A stretch of 64,000 nucleotides of DNA from Zygnema circumcarinatum SAG 698-1b (GCA_037447605.1 CM074805.1:2575361-2639360), one strand, 5' to 3'; counted from the first letter of the stretch, positions 1 through 13,141 are shown. Numbers and translations: made by a program. Notes: generated by a model not told the origin, from the sequence alone.

Positions 1-3000
1 ACTCGTTTGGGTCCTTTGAGTGGTGGAACAAGACCCATTTTGATAATGTCGGCATAAATATGATCCCTCCTGACAATCCGAGAGCATTCTCAACACCTGC
101 AATGAGGCCCCATTCATTGTTGAGTGAAACACCAACGGAAGGCTTCAAAAAATGGGTGCTGATGAAAGAAATGTTATCAGCTTTCATTTAGGCATTTAGT
201 CAACGCACACTATTGTGTGTGCATGCAAGCGATCTGCATTAAGAAGGTCGCTTTCCATTCTTCGGTTGCAGAGCATCGGTTGGTCAAGGCTTTGTACAAT
301 AATTCTGGCCAAGTCTGAAGAAGTCATCCAATATGAAACGGGATACTTCCTGATTCGTAGAATTAGATCATCAGGAACGTCTTTCACTTGTAATCTGAAC
401 GACCAAGTTAAGGTGAGACTCAGAAAAGGCAAAGGAAGGGTTGGTGAGGCATACTTGTTCCATAGCAGGCCGCCTGTGTGCAGTTGGCTGTATACAACAG
501 AGTGCGCAATTCCACATTCTTTCAGCTCCATCTGCACTAAAGTTGCCATATAGTCTCACGTCCACGAGTGTTCTTGGATCAGCGTTTTCATTCTGTTTTT
601 GCCAAGCCTGCATGTTAATAGTCACCACCGGAAAATAAGTCAGAATGTGCTAGATGCTGGAATCTTGCATCGGTGACTCGAAAAAACAGTTAATTGACAT
701 GGCTCGATTCTAAATCAAATTGTCTAATTTTAATGTTCGTTCTGTTGATACGTCTTGTTACTAGTACTTGTTGGCCAGTCATAAATTTTCCTGACTACTC
801 TTGTTCGACAGCTTCTACAGCTGATACGTTTTACGATTTGAGGCCACCATGTACTCACCCACTCAACCACATTAACAAGCGTTCCGTCGTTGCGGTTCTG
901 CTCAATTGGCTTCCGAGCCGTCAGGAGTTCCAAGAGGACCACTCCAAAGCTGCAGGATGATGCAAAGGTGGCAGAAGATGAGACATTCGAAGGCGCCAAG
1001 CATCACTTTAGTAATAAGAGATGAAGCTCCTCGGCTGTTGGGTATGTAAGCAGCGACAAGCCTTTTCAAGTCACATCAGTGAGAAGTAACAGAGACCCCA
1101 GGCAGTGTCCTCTATTGAGGACCTAGTAAGGCAGTCCAATTTGTCAGTCCAATTTGAGGTTGGGGGCAACAAGTAGAATGACTCACAGTGAAAGAACCAT
1201 ACGGCGAGTTAAGTGGAATTACCTATATACGTCGCTTTTCTCTGTTAGCTGGCCCGAAAAGGCGTAGTCTGGAGCCAGGTAACCAAACGTTCCCATCACT
1301 CTCGTCGATACATGGTCCACTTCGTCTTTCACCAGCCTCGCAAGACCGAAGTCTGCTACCTGCGATGGAGGTTTGTTACAAGACCTTAAGCCCTTCGTTT
1401 ATTAAAAACAACACTTTAAGTACACTACCTTGCCGTACCTGGTAAGTGACTGAATGTTTTTGAAACAACATCACTTCCGTAGTTCCTTCCTTACTATCTC
1501 CTTTCATCGTTTTCGTGGATGAGTCAGTCGAACACACTTCTTGTTGCTATAGGTCATAATGAAATAGCCAGCATCATTTCGTCGTCAACACTCAAGCGTC
1601 CACATCAGAAAATTACCTTTGCATTAAAATCTTCATCTAGCAAGATATTCATGGCCTTGATATCGCGATGAAGGATTTTTGGAGAGCAGTCATTGTGGAG
1701 ATAAGCCTGAAGCGCAAGTTCAAGAACACGGGCGATTAGAGGGTTTGGTGATGAGTTATAGCCACGTCTAAGAAAAGGCAAGGAGAACTATGTATAATCC
1801 TATAGAAAGCTTATGCTAACTTACAAGATAAATCAAGCTACTACGACGGTTCATCAAAAGAGTCTAAGTCATCCATGTCAGCTTTAATTGACTTTATTAA
1901 AATATGTGATACATGAGAAAAGGTGCATCAATGGCTGGTATTAGCAAGATTGAAATCATTTGGCTACCTAATCGCTTTCGCATTCTCACCAGACCGCGTG
2001 CAGCTCCAACTGCAATCTTTACGCGGGTGGGCCACGTCAGCAAGGGATTGCCCATTCCTGAAAAACAGAGAAACCATAGGTTAACAAATTTGTTTGAAAG
2101 TTCACTTGTGGTACATTTTGTTTCCTGTTAGACATCTGAACAAGAGAGATGTGGCATTGATCTCGCGATGGCGATGCCATCAAATATTTTTGGACATAAT
2201 CATCGTGGGGAACCACGAAGAACTAGTCGCAAAGGACCTAAGGACAAAAGAAAAAAGCAACAAGATCTCACCTACAATCTCAAAAACGCAGGCGAATTTC
2301 TCTTTTTTCTAGATGTATTGCTAGATGGGTCCAAGCCATCATTGAAGCCAAGCACATATGGCCAAGCAAATGCAGTACTCGCGGAAAAGGTTAAGCGACA
2401 CATGGATGGGGGAGGTAGGCATGCTTAAAGACCATACCGTGGAGGCGGTCATGGAGAGACCCGTTGGGCATGAACTCGTACGCGAGCATCCCTTGATCAT
2501 GATTGTCCATGCCATAACCCACGAGTCGAACGAGATTTCTATGCTGTACTCGACTGATAATCTCCATCTGTACGAATCGAACCATCAGCTAAGTTACAGG
2601 AGGAAAAAAAACTACCAAAAGAAAAGCAACACCTTGCGACAATACCCGGCAACAATGATAAGTCTTACTTGGTAGATGTTTGACTTGCCACACAGTAAGA
2701 AGCAACAAAGCTACATAAGTTGTGTAAAGCGGTGCATGTCTGTAACGACAGCTGATATTTGAACTCAGCCTTGAGTACCCCTCACCTCGGATTTGAACGA
2801 CCGAGTCCTCTCTGTACTCCTCTGAGGCCCAAGATCCGAGTGCAGCTTTTTCACAGCCACAAGAGAGCCATCCGGCAACTGCCCCCTGTAGACGCAGCCG
2901 AATCCTCCTTCCCCGAGTTTGTTTTTTGGCGCAAATCCCTCAGTAGCTACATAAAGTTCCTCCAATTTAAACTCTCGCAAGGGATAAGCGACAGTTTCTC

Positions 3001-5190
3001 TTTTGTGTGCTATTCTGTTCAGCATTATAGGAAGAACTACAAGTGCTGCGTCTGCTTCCGCGCTTGCCGTCGTGCCTGTATCAGCAAATTTAGGAAGTGG
3101 TACCGGGAGTGATCGACACTTCTGTCTGATAGTTTGAAAGTATTCTGCTCTTATCGGGGCTGGGTGGAATCCACGATCATCTCTGGGATCCGTCCAGGGA
3201 GGTCCAATCGTCGGCCGGGGTGGAAGCTGCATGTCTAAAATTGGGAAGCTGCCTAAATCAAATACCTGACTCTCTTGTCTGGTGCCCCTCAAACTATTGG
3301 TCGGCTCGGAAAAGTGAGGAAGTCCTCCAACGTCCACAACTTTACTCGGTGAGAGCGACTGATCCGACAAAGTACCTGAACTCGAAATTGGAGTCCCTGT
3401 GCTTTGGCTGGAAAATAGGTTTCTCTTCCATTGGGGAAGAAGGCTGTAGCCTCCTTGCGAAGGAAAGAGAATGTCGGTCATCCCAGGCCCGCATGCCCGT
3501 GCAGGTGGACTTGCAAGTTTTGGGAATTCGGCTCCGACATTGAGAGGATGTGTTTCTGCTGTACTTAGGAAACAGACAAAGCAGAACAGTAGAACAAGTT
3601 CCTTCCCTTAAGATGAATTGAAGATTTAAGAATTTTACCCTCCCGAATGTCAACTTCCCCTGGACACAAACGTTTTTTTTCCCGCCATGAGCTTTATTCC
3701 AAAATTTAATTGCTCCAGAAAGGGCGGAATCAACAAGCACCTGGCAGCGATGAAGATATCTGTACATCCTTCATAAAATGGCGTCCTTGCATCAATAGAA
3801 TGTTTGACATAAAGAAAACTGCTCCGGCCGTGAAAGAAAAAACAGATGAAGCGATCCAAAGTGCAATGGGAGTGTTATAGAGACCCCAGCTCTGGGCTGC
3901 CTTTTCTGCACCAATTATGGCAGTTGCTGCAGCGACAGCAATGAACATCCTGCAGCAATAAGGTGCGAGATTTCTCAGTACTGTATGTAGATCAGGAATC
4001 CGTCAAACCCCCACGATCGACACCACTTCAAACGCTAGCAATAGCGGCCGAATAGGTATTAATCAGATTCATCACTTTAGCGCCATCTTGCTAAAAACGT
4101 GCACCAGTATGTGACAAGAGCTTGACTACACGGTTTCTTCTACGGCGACCATGGAAAACCTTGGCTGTACTTAAATCATAAAGCCAAAGACTCACCAGCC
4201 AAGAGCAGAAAAAAGGAAGCTGATCCATTTATACTTTAGAGTGAGCCTCTTTCGGAAGGAGCGCTTGCACCTGAAGCAACTTATAGCGTACACAATAGCC
4301 TGCAAAGAGGAGAAGGCAGCAGACTTTTTTTTCAACCAAGACAGACAGACAGAAAGCTGGCCTTGTCCATTTCGAAACCCGGTCAACTTGCGTAGTGCTT
4401 GCTTAACTTTAACAGAGTTGCAAACATGCCTGCACAAATGCAGCCGCGCATATCAGGGCCAAAGATATCCAGCTCTTCCTTGGACTATCCTCGTCGAATG
4501 GGAAGGAATCACTCAAATAGTGATGGTTGTAATCTGGGTCATAGCCTGCGTCTTCAAAGCTGCCAAACGCTTGACATCTCTCTTGGGGCCAGCCGGCTGT
4601 GTTCGTGCACCACACTTGGAGACATGTCTGCTCACTGCACAACACGCAGCGAATGACGAAGACATGACAGGCGATTCATGTCAGCAAAGCTTAAAAGTGC
4701 ATGGAAAGTAATATCCTTGAAGCGCAATCGGGACTCAAAGCCACCTTAAGAAGAGGGTTTAAGGTGGTTTTCCTTCTGGAAATCGAAATACCAGCATCTG
4801 CATAGGCGTAACTGAAACCAATGACTAGTCTCTCGTGAATGTCAATAAGATATCCACGCATATACCACGATATATATCATATATCATATTATATATATAT
4901 GGTATATATCGATATACCACGCAGTTAAGCAGCCAAGCACACAAATGTCAAGGTCAGTTTTGGCCATGCAAGATTCACAAGCCGTACCTTGGAAATCCCT
5001 GATTATTGAATAGTCGACAAGTCGTTACTTGCCTCCTAAACTCTCCTCGATTTGGAACCCTGGCAGCGTTGATTGCCAAGATGACAGCTGAGCAGACTAA
5101 ACATCCATGAACCAAAAAGCCGGCGAGAACATAGCCATTCGTCAATATCTGCAGCTTTTTGACAAGTATTTGTTTGATTGGTGATGCCAT
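1..5190 (-). CDS. RLK/Pelle-type Ser/Thr kinase with an N-terminal four-TM (DUF1218/VCC-like) domain; 3' end lies outside the window
   Basis: Phase-consistent exons: 5190-5029, 4627-4430, 4299-4196, 3949-3741, 3558-2786, 2567-2438, 2057-1990, 1706-1617, 1359-1223, 949-859, 607-455, 96-1 (2211 nt, 737 codons, no stop). Kinase motifs [67 protein letters not shown]. Four hydrophobic segments in exons 1-4. Confidence 0.88.
2154..2258 (-). mobile_element. Fragment of the Mutator-like element family (in kinase intron 6)
   Basis: Aligns to 63062-63156 inside the MULE: 29/32 identity in the first block and about 38/44 in the ggggaaccacga...gcaaaggacctaag block, same orientation. Confidence 0.75.
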
Positions 5191-5989
5191 TCGCCTCGTT
5201 CAGGCGAAGAAGCATTAAACGCTGTCAAACCCCACACAGGTAATTCTTGTCAAGGAGCGTAGTTTGTCAACTCTCCGAACACTTAGGGGATGTAACGTCC
5301 AGTTTAAAAGTATTCCGTATACAGTAAAGCAATATTCCTATGCTCTGCTTGAGTAAATCACAACGGAAAAACCCGAATATGCCTTTGTTCTCCATTCGTC
5401 ACTTTCTTACGAGTCCTTGCCGTAATATTTTCAAAACTTCATGTTATTCAGGAGCCGTCCAACGTAGTGCTGGCTTCCTATGGTTAGAGATTGTTGTCCT
5501 GGACTAATCACGTGATTACTTCCATTATACCATACCTCTTTTCAACTTCGGCTTCAGTGACGCTCGTACACAGAGTTCACTTTATGAAGAGCCTTCTGAC
5601 AACTATTCTGCTTCGACGACTTAAAACGAACATACCTGAAGAGTGTACTGTGAAATTTCAAGCTTCAAAACGCGTATTATTTCCTTCCCTTCTCCTCCTC
5701 GTCCATTCTTATTCCCAGCCCAACATTCCTGCAAGTATGCTGATCCTGATCGCCGACTCTAGCCACTGAACAGCTGTCAGATCCTGTCTAACAATACTTC
5801 GTCAGCTGTGAGCTCCCTAAATATCAGAATATCCTAACATGTGCTCTCCAAATATCCATTGCAGAGAAATTTAGCACGAACCCCCTTGCAAAATAAACTC
5901 CGTACGCCTTCATGCAAGCCCCTGCAAGTGATACTGCGAGTCCTCGAACAAAACCCTGATTTTTTCCAACCGTTCAGGAAAATCCAAAA

Positions 5990-7025
5990 ACCTAACCCAA
6001 TCTTCAGCCATGGACCCCCTCTGTTAGAAGAGGAGCCTCCTCGCCTCCTGCAGCCGGGCCTCTCCCTCTCCCTCTCCCTCCTCTCCCTCCCGTCGCCCTC
6101 CCCCTCTCCCGCCGTGTGAGCATGTCACGCCATTCAAATTTCCCCCCTCTATACCGCCAACCGGCTTCAAACTGGCGCGCTATAGCTCTGCCGTTCCTTG
6201 TAACGGCGCTCCCCGACTGGCCGCCGTCCCGCGTGACGCCCAATGGGAGGCCGTCATCGCACCACGTCGGCGGCGTTACACATGGAACGGCCCGTTCCGC
6301 GGCACTCTCCCTCCCGTTCCCACGGTGTCGATTTTCCCGCCCGGCCCTGAGCGCGGCCGCGCCCCCCCGCACGTGTCAGCGGGGGGGCTGCCGCCCCGTC
6401 AACCAACGGCCCACTTGGATTTACACCACGTGGCTATATGTTATAGGGCCACGTGGCTCGCTGTGTGTATAGCGGTGGCACCGATTGGCGTCGCGAAGGG
6501 AAGAAAACCTTCGTTGGGGCCGTCGATCGTACGGAACCAATGGGGGCCGAGAACTGCGGCCCCGCAGGTGCGGAGCAAGGGCGGGCGGCGGTTGAGTCGG
6601 TCACTTGTACGGACGGATTCCGGCAGGCGCAGCCGGCGAGCTGCACGATGCCGACAGGCGGCCCCGTCGGCTTCGGCGACTGACGCCGCCAATTGGCTGC
6701 CGTGGTCCTACGTGGCATGATGACATGGCGCTCTGTGCGGGCGGTTCCTTGTCCTGTTTGACTGAACTGGCGCAGTGCAACTGTGTGTAGGTGCATGGAA
6801 AGCCGTTAGGGTTTGGGCCGGCCTGGCGGGCGGCAGGCCGGGAGGCGCGGGCCACCACAAGCGCGCGATCGCAGCCTTGTGCGGCCGCGAGCGCTCTGCG
6901 ACTACGCACTCGCCATGGCTGCGTGGCGCCTCGACTTGCTGGTGCTGGGGGGGAGGACGAGTCGGCCCGGCAGGACGGTCTTCACGCCGTGAGATGCGAC
7001 CGTGGTCGAAGTTCTGAGCGCGGGC
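5990..7025. promoter_or_regulatory. GC-rich divergent promoter region between the kinase (-) and ABC1K1 (+)
   Basis: Head-to-head genes. CT/GA tract at 6060-6110. CACGTG at 6370, 6427 and 6450 (CCACGTGGCT twice). GTACGG at 6529 and 6607. Confidence 0.6.
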
Positions 7026-10000
7026 ATGGCTACGGGCATGGATATGGGCATGGCTAAGGGAGGGGGTATGGCGATGGCGTCGTTAAGCGACTGTGCTGAG
7101 GCTGCTTCGCGCTCTTTCCAGTCTGCTTGTTCCCCGCCTCGATGCTCCCTCTCAAGAGGCTGCTTAACGGTTTCGCAGGGTCATGCTTTGAAAAGGGGTA
7201 GGGAAGGGCTTGTGTATAGGAGCTTAAGCAAACGGGGTAATAAGTTGGGAGTTAGTGTCAGTTTTCCCGGCGGATGGAAGACTAGGGTGACGTCTGCTGC
7301 CTCAACTGCGCCTGTTCCAGGCTTGAGATCACGTCCTAGCAGTCGGCCAGCTAGCCGGCCGAGCAGTCCTGAGAGTACCTCTAATTCAGCGTATTTGACG
7401 AGTGATGTTACAAGAACTCCCTCCTCTGTTAACCTGAGTACGCAGGAGCTACTGGAGCTGGAGAGAGGCGTGTGCAATCCTTTCAGCAAATATTCTCCTG
7501 AGGCGGTGAGTGGACTCACGTTTTGCACTTTTAAATTTTTTAATTTGAGTCACGGGGTAAAGTAGGCGAACCACTAGTTTCAAAACGATAATGGTCTCAT
7601 GGACGTTTTTTTATCGTCCAGAGTAAGAAGAATGTAGGAGTTCAGCATTCTGCACTCTCCGTTGACATCGAGTCCATGAAATCGTTTTACGGAGCTTTTC
7701 TTAAAAAGCCAGTTTGGCGTTGGTGAGAGAATCTCGTCTTTAGCGACGAAGTGAATGAATATGTGAATGCTGCAGTGAAACACGTAATCTCTTCGAAGAA
7801 TTGCTGGATGACCTTGTTTGAAAGGCTTTCGGATAAGCCTGTTAATCAGGAAGCGGCTCCATTTTGCAATTTAGTCTGTTTTTTGGGTGATAGCTTACAA
7901 CCACGTTTCCAATGATTAGTTTTCACGTAGACCAGTTTTTCTTCCATTAGAGGCAAAGGCTTTGCGAGGGCCATATTGTGGAGCTTGCATTCCCATTTAG
8001 AGCTCTTTGGCTTTTTTTGCGAGTTTAATCGGCTGAGTTTAGTTTAGCCAAGGGTTTGAAGTGGTCGGTATGGAAAAATGGCTGCGGATATTGTGATTGT
8101 ATTATAGTTTAAGTTGATTTCTTGAGGTTTTGCAATAATTTTAGCTTGCGATGTTGCTTTGACTTCTTACAGGTTCGAGCGCGGACAATATCCTCCCCAG
8201 GGGCTGTCGTTGGAGTAGTTGCCAGAGGTGTAGAGATTGTGTGGGCTCTTGCATATTACTGGGCAAGTCTGTCTATCGACTTCTTTTTGGGCAGAGGGGA
8301 GGAGATGGTACCTAAACGGGCCGAGCAACTCCGAACCCTTCTCTGTGATTTGGGCCCTTCCTTTGTGAAAGCGGGACAGGTACCTTACAATTTACGCTGA
8401 AGTCCTTTAAAGAATTTGCTACTTGTAGTTCTTCTGTAAGCAAAGTTTGTCTCATTGACAATTCTGGTGCAGCCTCGTCGGGTCCTTACCCAAGCTTACA
8501 GTTTAAAGCTCCCTCTAATGTATGGCACAGGTGCTTGCCAATCGACCTGACATTGTTCGAGAAGACTATATGAATGAGCTGTGCATCCTTCAAGATGATG
8601 TTCCGGCGTTTCCAAGCCAGGTTGTATTTCTCAGCCTGAAATGGATTATTTTCTTGACCTAGTTGTGGAGAATATCTTCTCCTCCTAGAGACCTTCTCTT
8701 TTTTTCAATTACTCTTCACAGAAAAATATGAGAGACTGGTTACTTTGTGAGGGACTTATTTGGAAGCTATGTTACCCCCATTAGGTCCGTGGTCTCTTTT
8801 TACAACGTTTTCTGGAACTTTTGTCACATGCCATTGGTAGCTCATTAACTAAACCTGGCCGAAGAACGGATGATACATTTCATAATGTAAATGGCGGGAT
8901 TCTATCTTTACGAGTGGTTGCGTACATCATGTTCTCATCATTGTTACACTTTGACACTCTTCAGAATTCTTCAATTCTGAAGTGAATTGTTTTGGGTTCC
9001 TGTTAGCAAAGCCTGACCTGCTTGTACACGCTCATGCAGGAAGCTTTTGCAATAATGGAGAGTCAGTTTGGCCGGCCCCTTGAAGAAGTTTTCAGTAAAA
9101 TATCACCATGTCCTGTTGCAGCTGCGAGCCTTGGGCAGGTTTATCGAGCGACTGTGCGTGGGACTGAGGAGGAAGTCGCTGTAAAGGTGGGACCTAGCTG
9201 GTTTGTGAATCGTAAAGTAGGGAGGAAACTGTATGGATGTTGTAATGTGTTTCAGTGATTAAATTTGATGAGTTTGCCATACAAGCTGAAAAACTAACTC
9301 TGACACGTAGTGCTGGTTGAGTTGCTGGATCAAACTTATTGCTCTACGTAATGCCTCAGATTTTCCGTTAATTTCGATACTATGTTGGCTCTGCAGGTTC
9401 AGAGACCGGGTATAGAGCCTGTCATTTATCGCGATCTCTTCTTGTTTCGGACATTGGCATCTTTCCTGACAGGCATCAGCTTGCGCAAATTGGGCTGCAA
9501 TGCGGAACTCATTGTGGACGAATTTGGAGAGAAGTTGCTGGATGAACTTGATTATCGTCAGGTTGGTGTTAGATTCCTCATCGCTGATATAAGACACTGC
9601 CATATGGCTGGCCTGGAATCTTTTGCATTATAGCTTTTTTTGGGAGGGAGGGAAATACGTAGGCCCCGCTTAATTGTATTCATCCATCCATTTGCATGTT
9701 GTTGTGTTGCTGAGTGCGTCAGTGAAGTGATTTGTTTCTCAAGAGAAATGTCTAATTATGCATGTCTTATGCTCTTTATGCAGGAGGCACGGAATATTGA
9801 AAGTTTTTATGAAAACTTCCTTAACGATCCTACTGTGAAGATTCCAAAGTGTAATATAGAACTAAGTACAGATCAAGTGCTTGTGATGGAGTGGATTGAT
9901 GGTATTCGATGTACAGATCCTCAGGTGAGCATTCTACACTTTTGGTTGGTGCAACTTATTTTCCTTTTGCGGGCTTGACCATCTTCTCCATTATCGTTTT

Positions 10001-13000
10001 GTCGTCTGTTTGTTCTTTAAGTGTAAGCCTATCTCCTGTTCGAACTTGTATTGGAAGGGATAGGACGAACTTGTTCGCTAATATATGTATCCCCTTGAGC
10101 GTTGTCTTGATGTTCATGGTGCTTCAAATTTTGCTCCCATATTCCTTGCTACCCCGCTTCTGCATGCTGCTTACAGTGAGGATGCGATTTGCAAATGTTG
10201 ACAGGCGATCAAGGAAGCTGGTGTTGACGTAAAACTATTCTTGACTGTTGGCGTTAGTGCTGCTCTGCGGCAACTTTTGGAGTTTGGTCTATTTCACGGT
10301 GACCCACATCCTGGAAACATTTTTGCAATGCGGGATGGTCGAATCGCATACGTTGACTTCGGAAATGTTGCAGAGCTGAGTCAGGTAGGTGCACAAAAAA
10401 AATATTGTTTTTCACATCCTGTTTGGGCTTGTTTTTTGCTACCTACTCATACTGGCAAACTCGATCTTGTCTTTAAGTGAGTGGGCTCTGAATGGCTTTA
10501 GTAAACTTTTTTTGAGAGAAGACACTACGGAGAAGACATGCTGGGCGTAGAGACTGGTTAATTATGTCTTGCTGGACTGAGAATGCTTGACAGGAAAGAA
10601 TTAGCCAGAAGTAACTTGAGATTCTGTTTTGAAGTAGCATTTCAGGGCTGCAAAGTTTTATCCTGATATTTTCTCCTTTGAGCGATGTTGTGGCTACAGT
10701 ACAACAAGGAGATCCTCATTGACGCAGTTGTGCATGCGGTAAACGAGGACTATGTGGAGATGGCCGGGGATTTCACCCGCCTCGGATTTCTGGCGAGCGG
10801 GACTGATGTCGCCCCGATAGTGCCGGCCCTGGAAACGATTTGGCAAGACTCCACTGGAAAAGGGCTTGCGGACTTCAATTTTCGAACTGTTACAGGTGCA
10901 TGCAGTAACGAAGCAAAGTGCATGTGTACATTCGTCTTGTTTAAAAATTGTGTCTGGATGCGCCGTAAATCATTCTCTCCGTCCTTCCTCTGCAAACTGG
11001 CTGGACTGAAAGTCTTTGACATTAGGAAATTTTCGCAATCGGCATGGCAGGCAAATTCAATCAGCTCGTGTATAACTATCCCATTCGTATCCCTGAAAGG
11101 TTCTCCCTGGTCATTCGGTCACTCCTCACACAGGAAGGCATCTGCCTGACACTACAACCTGATTTTAAATTCCTTGAGGTGAGGTCGATGGTCTCCCGTG
11201 AAGCATGGTACCCATTTTCCCACTTCGTCTCGTCCGAACTTTGTGATCGTCTTTGTGACCTTCCTTACAAGGCGACGGGACATTTGAATTGGTGTCAGGT
11301 GGCATACCCATATGTTGCTAAGCGGTTATTGACAGATCCAGATCCGGCATTGCGATCACGGCTCATTCAGGTGAGAAAAAAAAACAGTGGTCCTTTGGTC
11401 AGATATTCGCCCCTTTTTCTGTCTTTCGTAGGGGTGACTATTCCCGGATATGGCATGGGGGGGAAACGATTCATGTTGATGGGAGAAAGAGTAAGAGTTT
11501 TGGATGCGGTTAGAAGCTCAGTTTTCTTCCACAGGCCTTTGGATACTGATGCATGACACTCCAGGGCTCCACTTTTTTTGCTGCTCATCTGAAAACCTTA
11601 GCCACACAGCTTACACTTGGGGTCTTGCACAAGGTACTTTAAACCTTATGTGGGTGCTACTAGATTTTTTTCCATCAATGTGAAATGTGAATGTAGGGCT
11701 TTCGTCCTCACTTTGCAGGTGTTATTCAAGGATGGTGTATTTCAGTGGAAGCGTCTTGAAAATCTGATTCAGCTTGCACGGGAGTCCGTTGCTATTACTA
11801 ACCGAGCGTTGCGGAAAGGAGGCCCGTCAGGAGGGAACCGTGCTGCTAGGTGTGTTGAGAGTGCTGCTCCAAACTGGGCGGGAAATCGTCTGTCTTAAAT
11901 TTCAGTAGGAAGGGACATTAGCAGAGTTAGCTTAAAGTGCTTCTTCAATTATCTCGGCCATGCAGCGTCTCGCCTCAACCTCTGTATTTGAACTGCATCA
12001 CGCACATTTCTCAGGAGAAGTGCTGGCGGAATTTCATGGACGTGAAGGGATAAAAAAGGAGACTGATTGTGATGCCTCTTCTGTGGGTATGTGTCTGCCA
12101 GCCGAGGAAACCATCAATCAGGGACAGGACCAAGCGAGGGATTGGATTTAAGCGAAACAATTCGTGATGGAGCAAGGGTGATGGTGACAGATGCAGCGCT
12201 AAGGCGGCAGCTCCTGATGGCGTTCACAGAGGATTCCAGATTGCATGTGCAAGAGGTGAGACATGAGGAAGACTTGTTATCGCGCTCAAAAGAACAAGGT
12301 GAAGTCGAAGGACAGACCTGTGAATATATGAAAGAACATAGGGGTTGAGTGTGGAAGGAAGGGGGAATGAGAAAAGGGAGGGGAAGGAAGTTGAAGAATG
12401 GATGAGGGGATGGGGAAGGGGTGGAAAGGGAAGTGTGGTTGTGGGTGGGAGCGACCACCTGTCGTCATAACTATTGAGAGTTGTGCTGAATTTTCCAAAG
12501 ATACCACAGATTTGTTGGAGGCACTCCGTCTTCGTCGTCCTTTCCCTTGCTTGTTAAGTCCTGCATTTTACACTTGGAGCGGTGAGGCTGACTTGTTTCC
12601 TTTGCTGATTTCTTTGGGGTTTCCCAGTTGGTAGACATCTACAACTTAGTCGCTCCAGAGATCGAACCGGGCAATCTTGTTGGGGATTTGATACAAGGTG
12701 AGCTCCATGTCCTTTCGTACAAAAACTGCATAATCGTCTGTGATTCTCTGTGCCTGCCCCCTGCAAACGTCGGAAATGGTCAAGCTTAAAACCTCTTTAC
12801 TTCTGTACGGATGCTTTTTCACTTTCTCTTTCGTATGGTGGTGTATGCATAGGGTCAAAGGATCTTCATTTAGTCCAGCCCCAGTAAATGCAAACCAAAC
12901 AGAAAGGATACGAGGAAAGGATGGATTTGTTGTTTTGGACATCTTTCTCTCTCTCTCCCCCCTCTCGCTCTCTCTCTCTCTCGTCCACTTAACTCCTCCC

Positions 13001-13141
13001 TCCCTCCCTTTCCCTGTAGAAAAATAGATAAAATCAAGCAGTAAGTTCAACCTTCGTCAAGATTGTGATGTGGCAGGAATTCCGTCAATGGGTCGTGACC
13101 TTTTGCTGCAGTGGAGCGATCGGGTCCTCGCTCGCCGATGA
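7026..13141 (+). CDS. ABC1K1: ABC1/UbiB-family atypical kinase, plastoglobule ABC1K1 (PGR6) orthologue, 14 exons
   Basis: Exons 7026-7505, 8173-8379, 8531-8620, 9040-9186, 9397-9561, 9784-9924, 10205-10384, 10700-10895, 11051-11178, 11299-11370, 11719-11849, 12102-12255, 12628-12697, 13077-13141. Motifs LELERGVCNPFSKYSPE, LGPSFVKAGQVLANRPD, AAASLGQVYRA, VMEWIDG, FHGDPHPGN, YVDFG, C-terminal WSDRVL match Arabidopsis ABC1K1 as recalled. Ser/Arg-rich transit-peptide-like N-terminus. The start ATG is ambiguous (7026-7074). Confidence 0.95.

Noticed and set aside
4737-4921. Small hairpin (AAAGCCACCTTAA / TTAAGGTGGTTTT) and AT-rich repeat in kinase intron 1
   Set aside because: Short arms, no TSD, and a decayed (AT)n tract; nothing supports a MITE or structured RNA.
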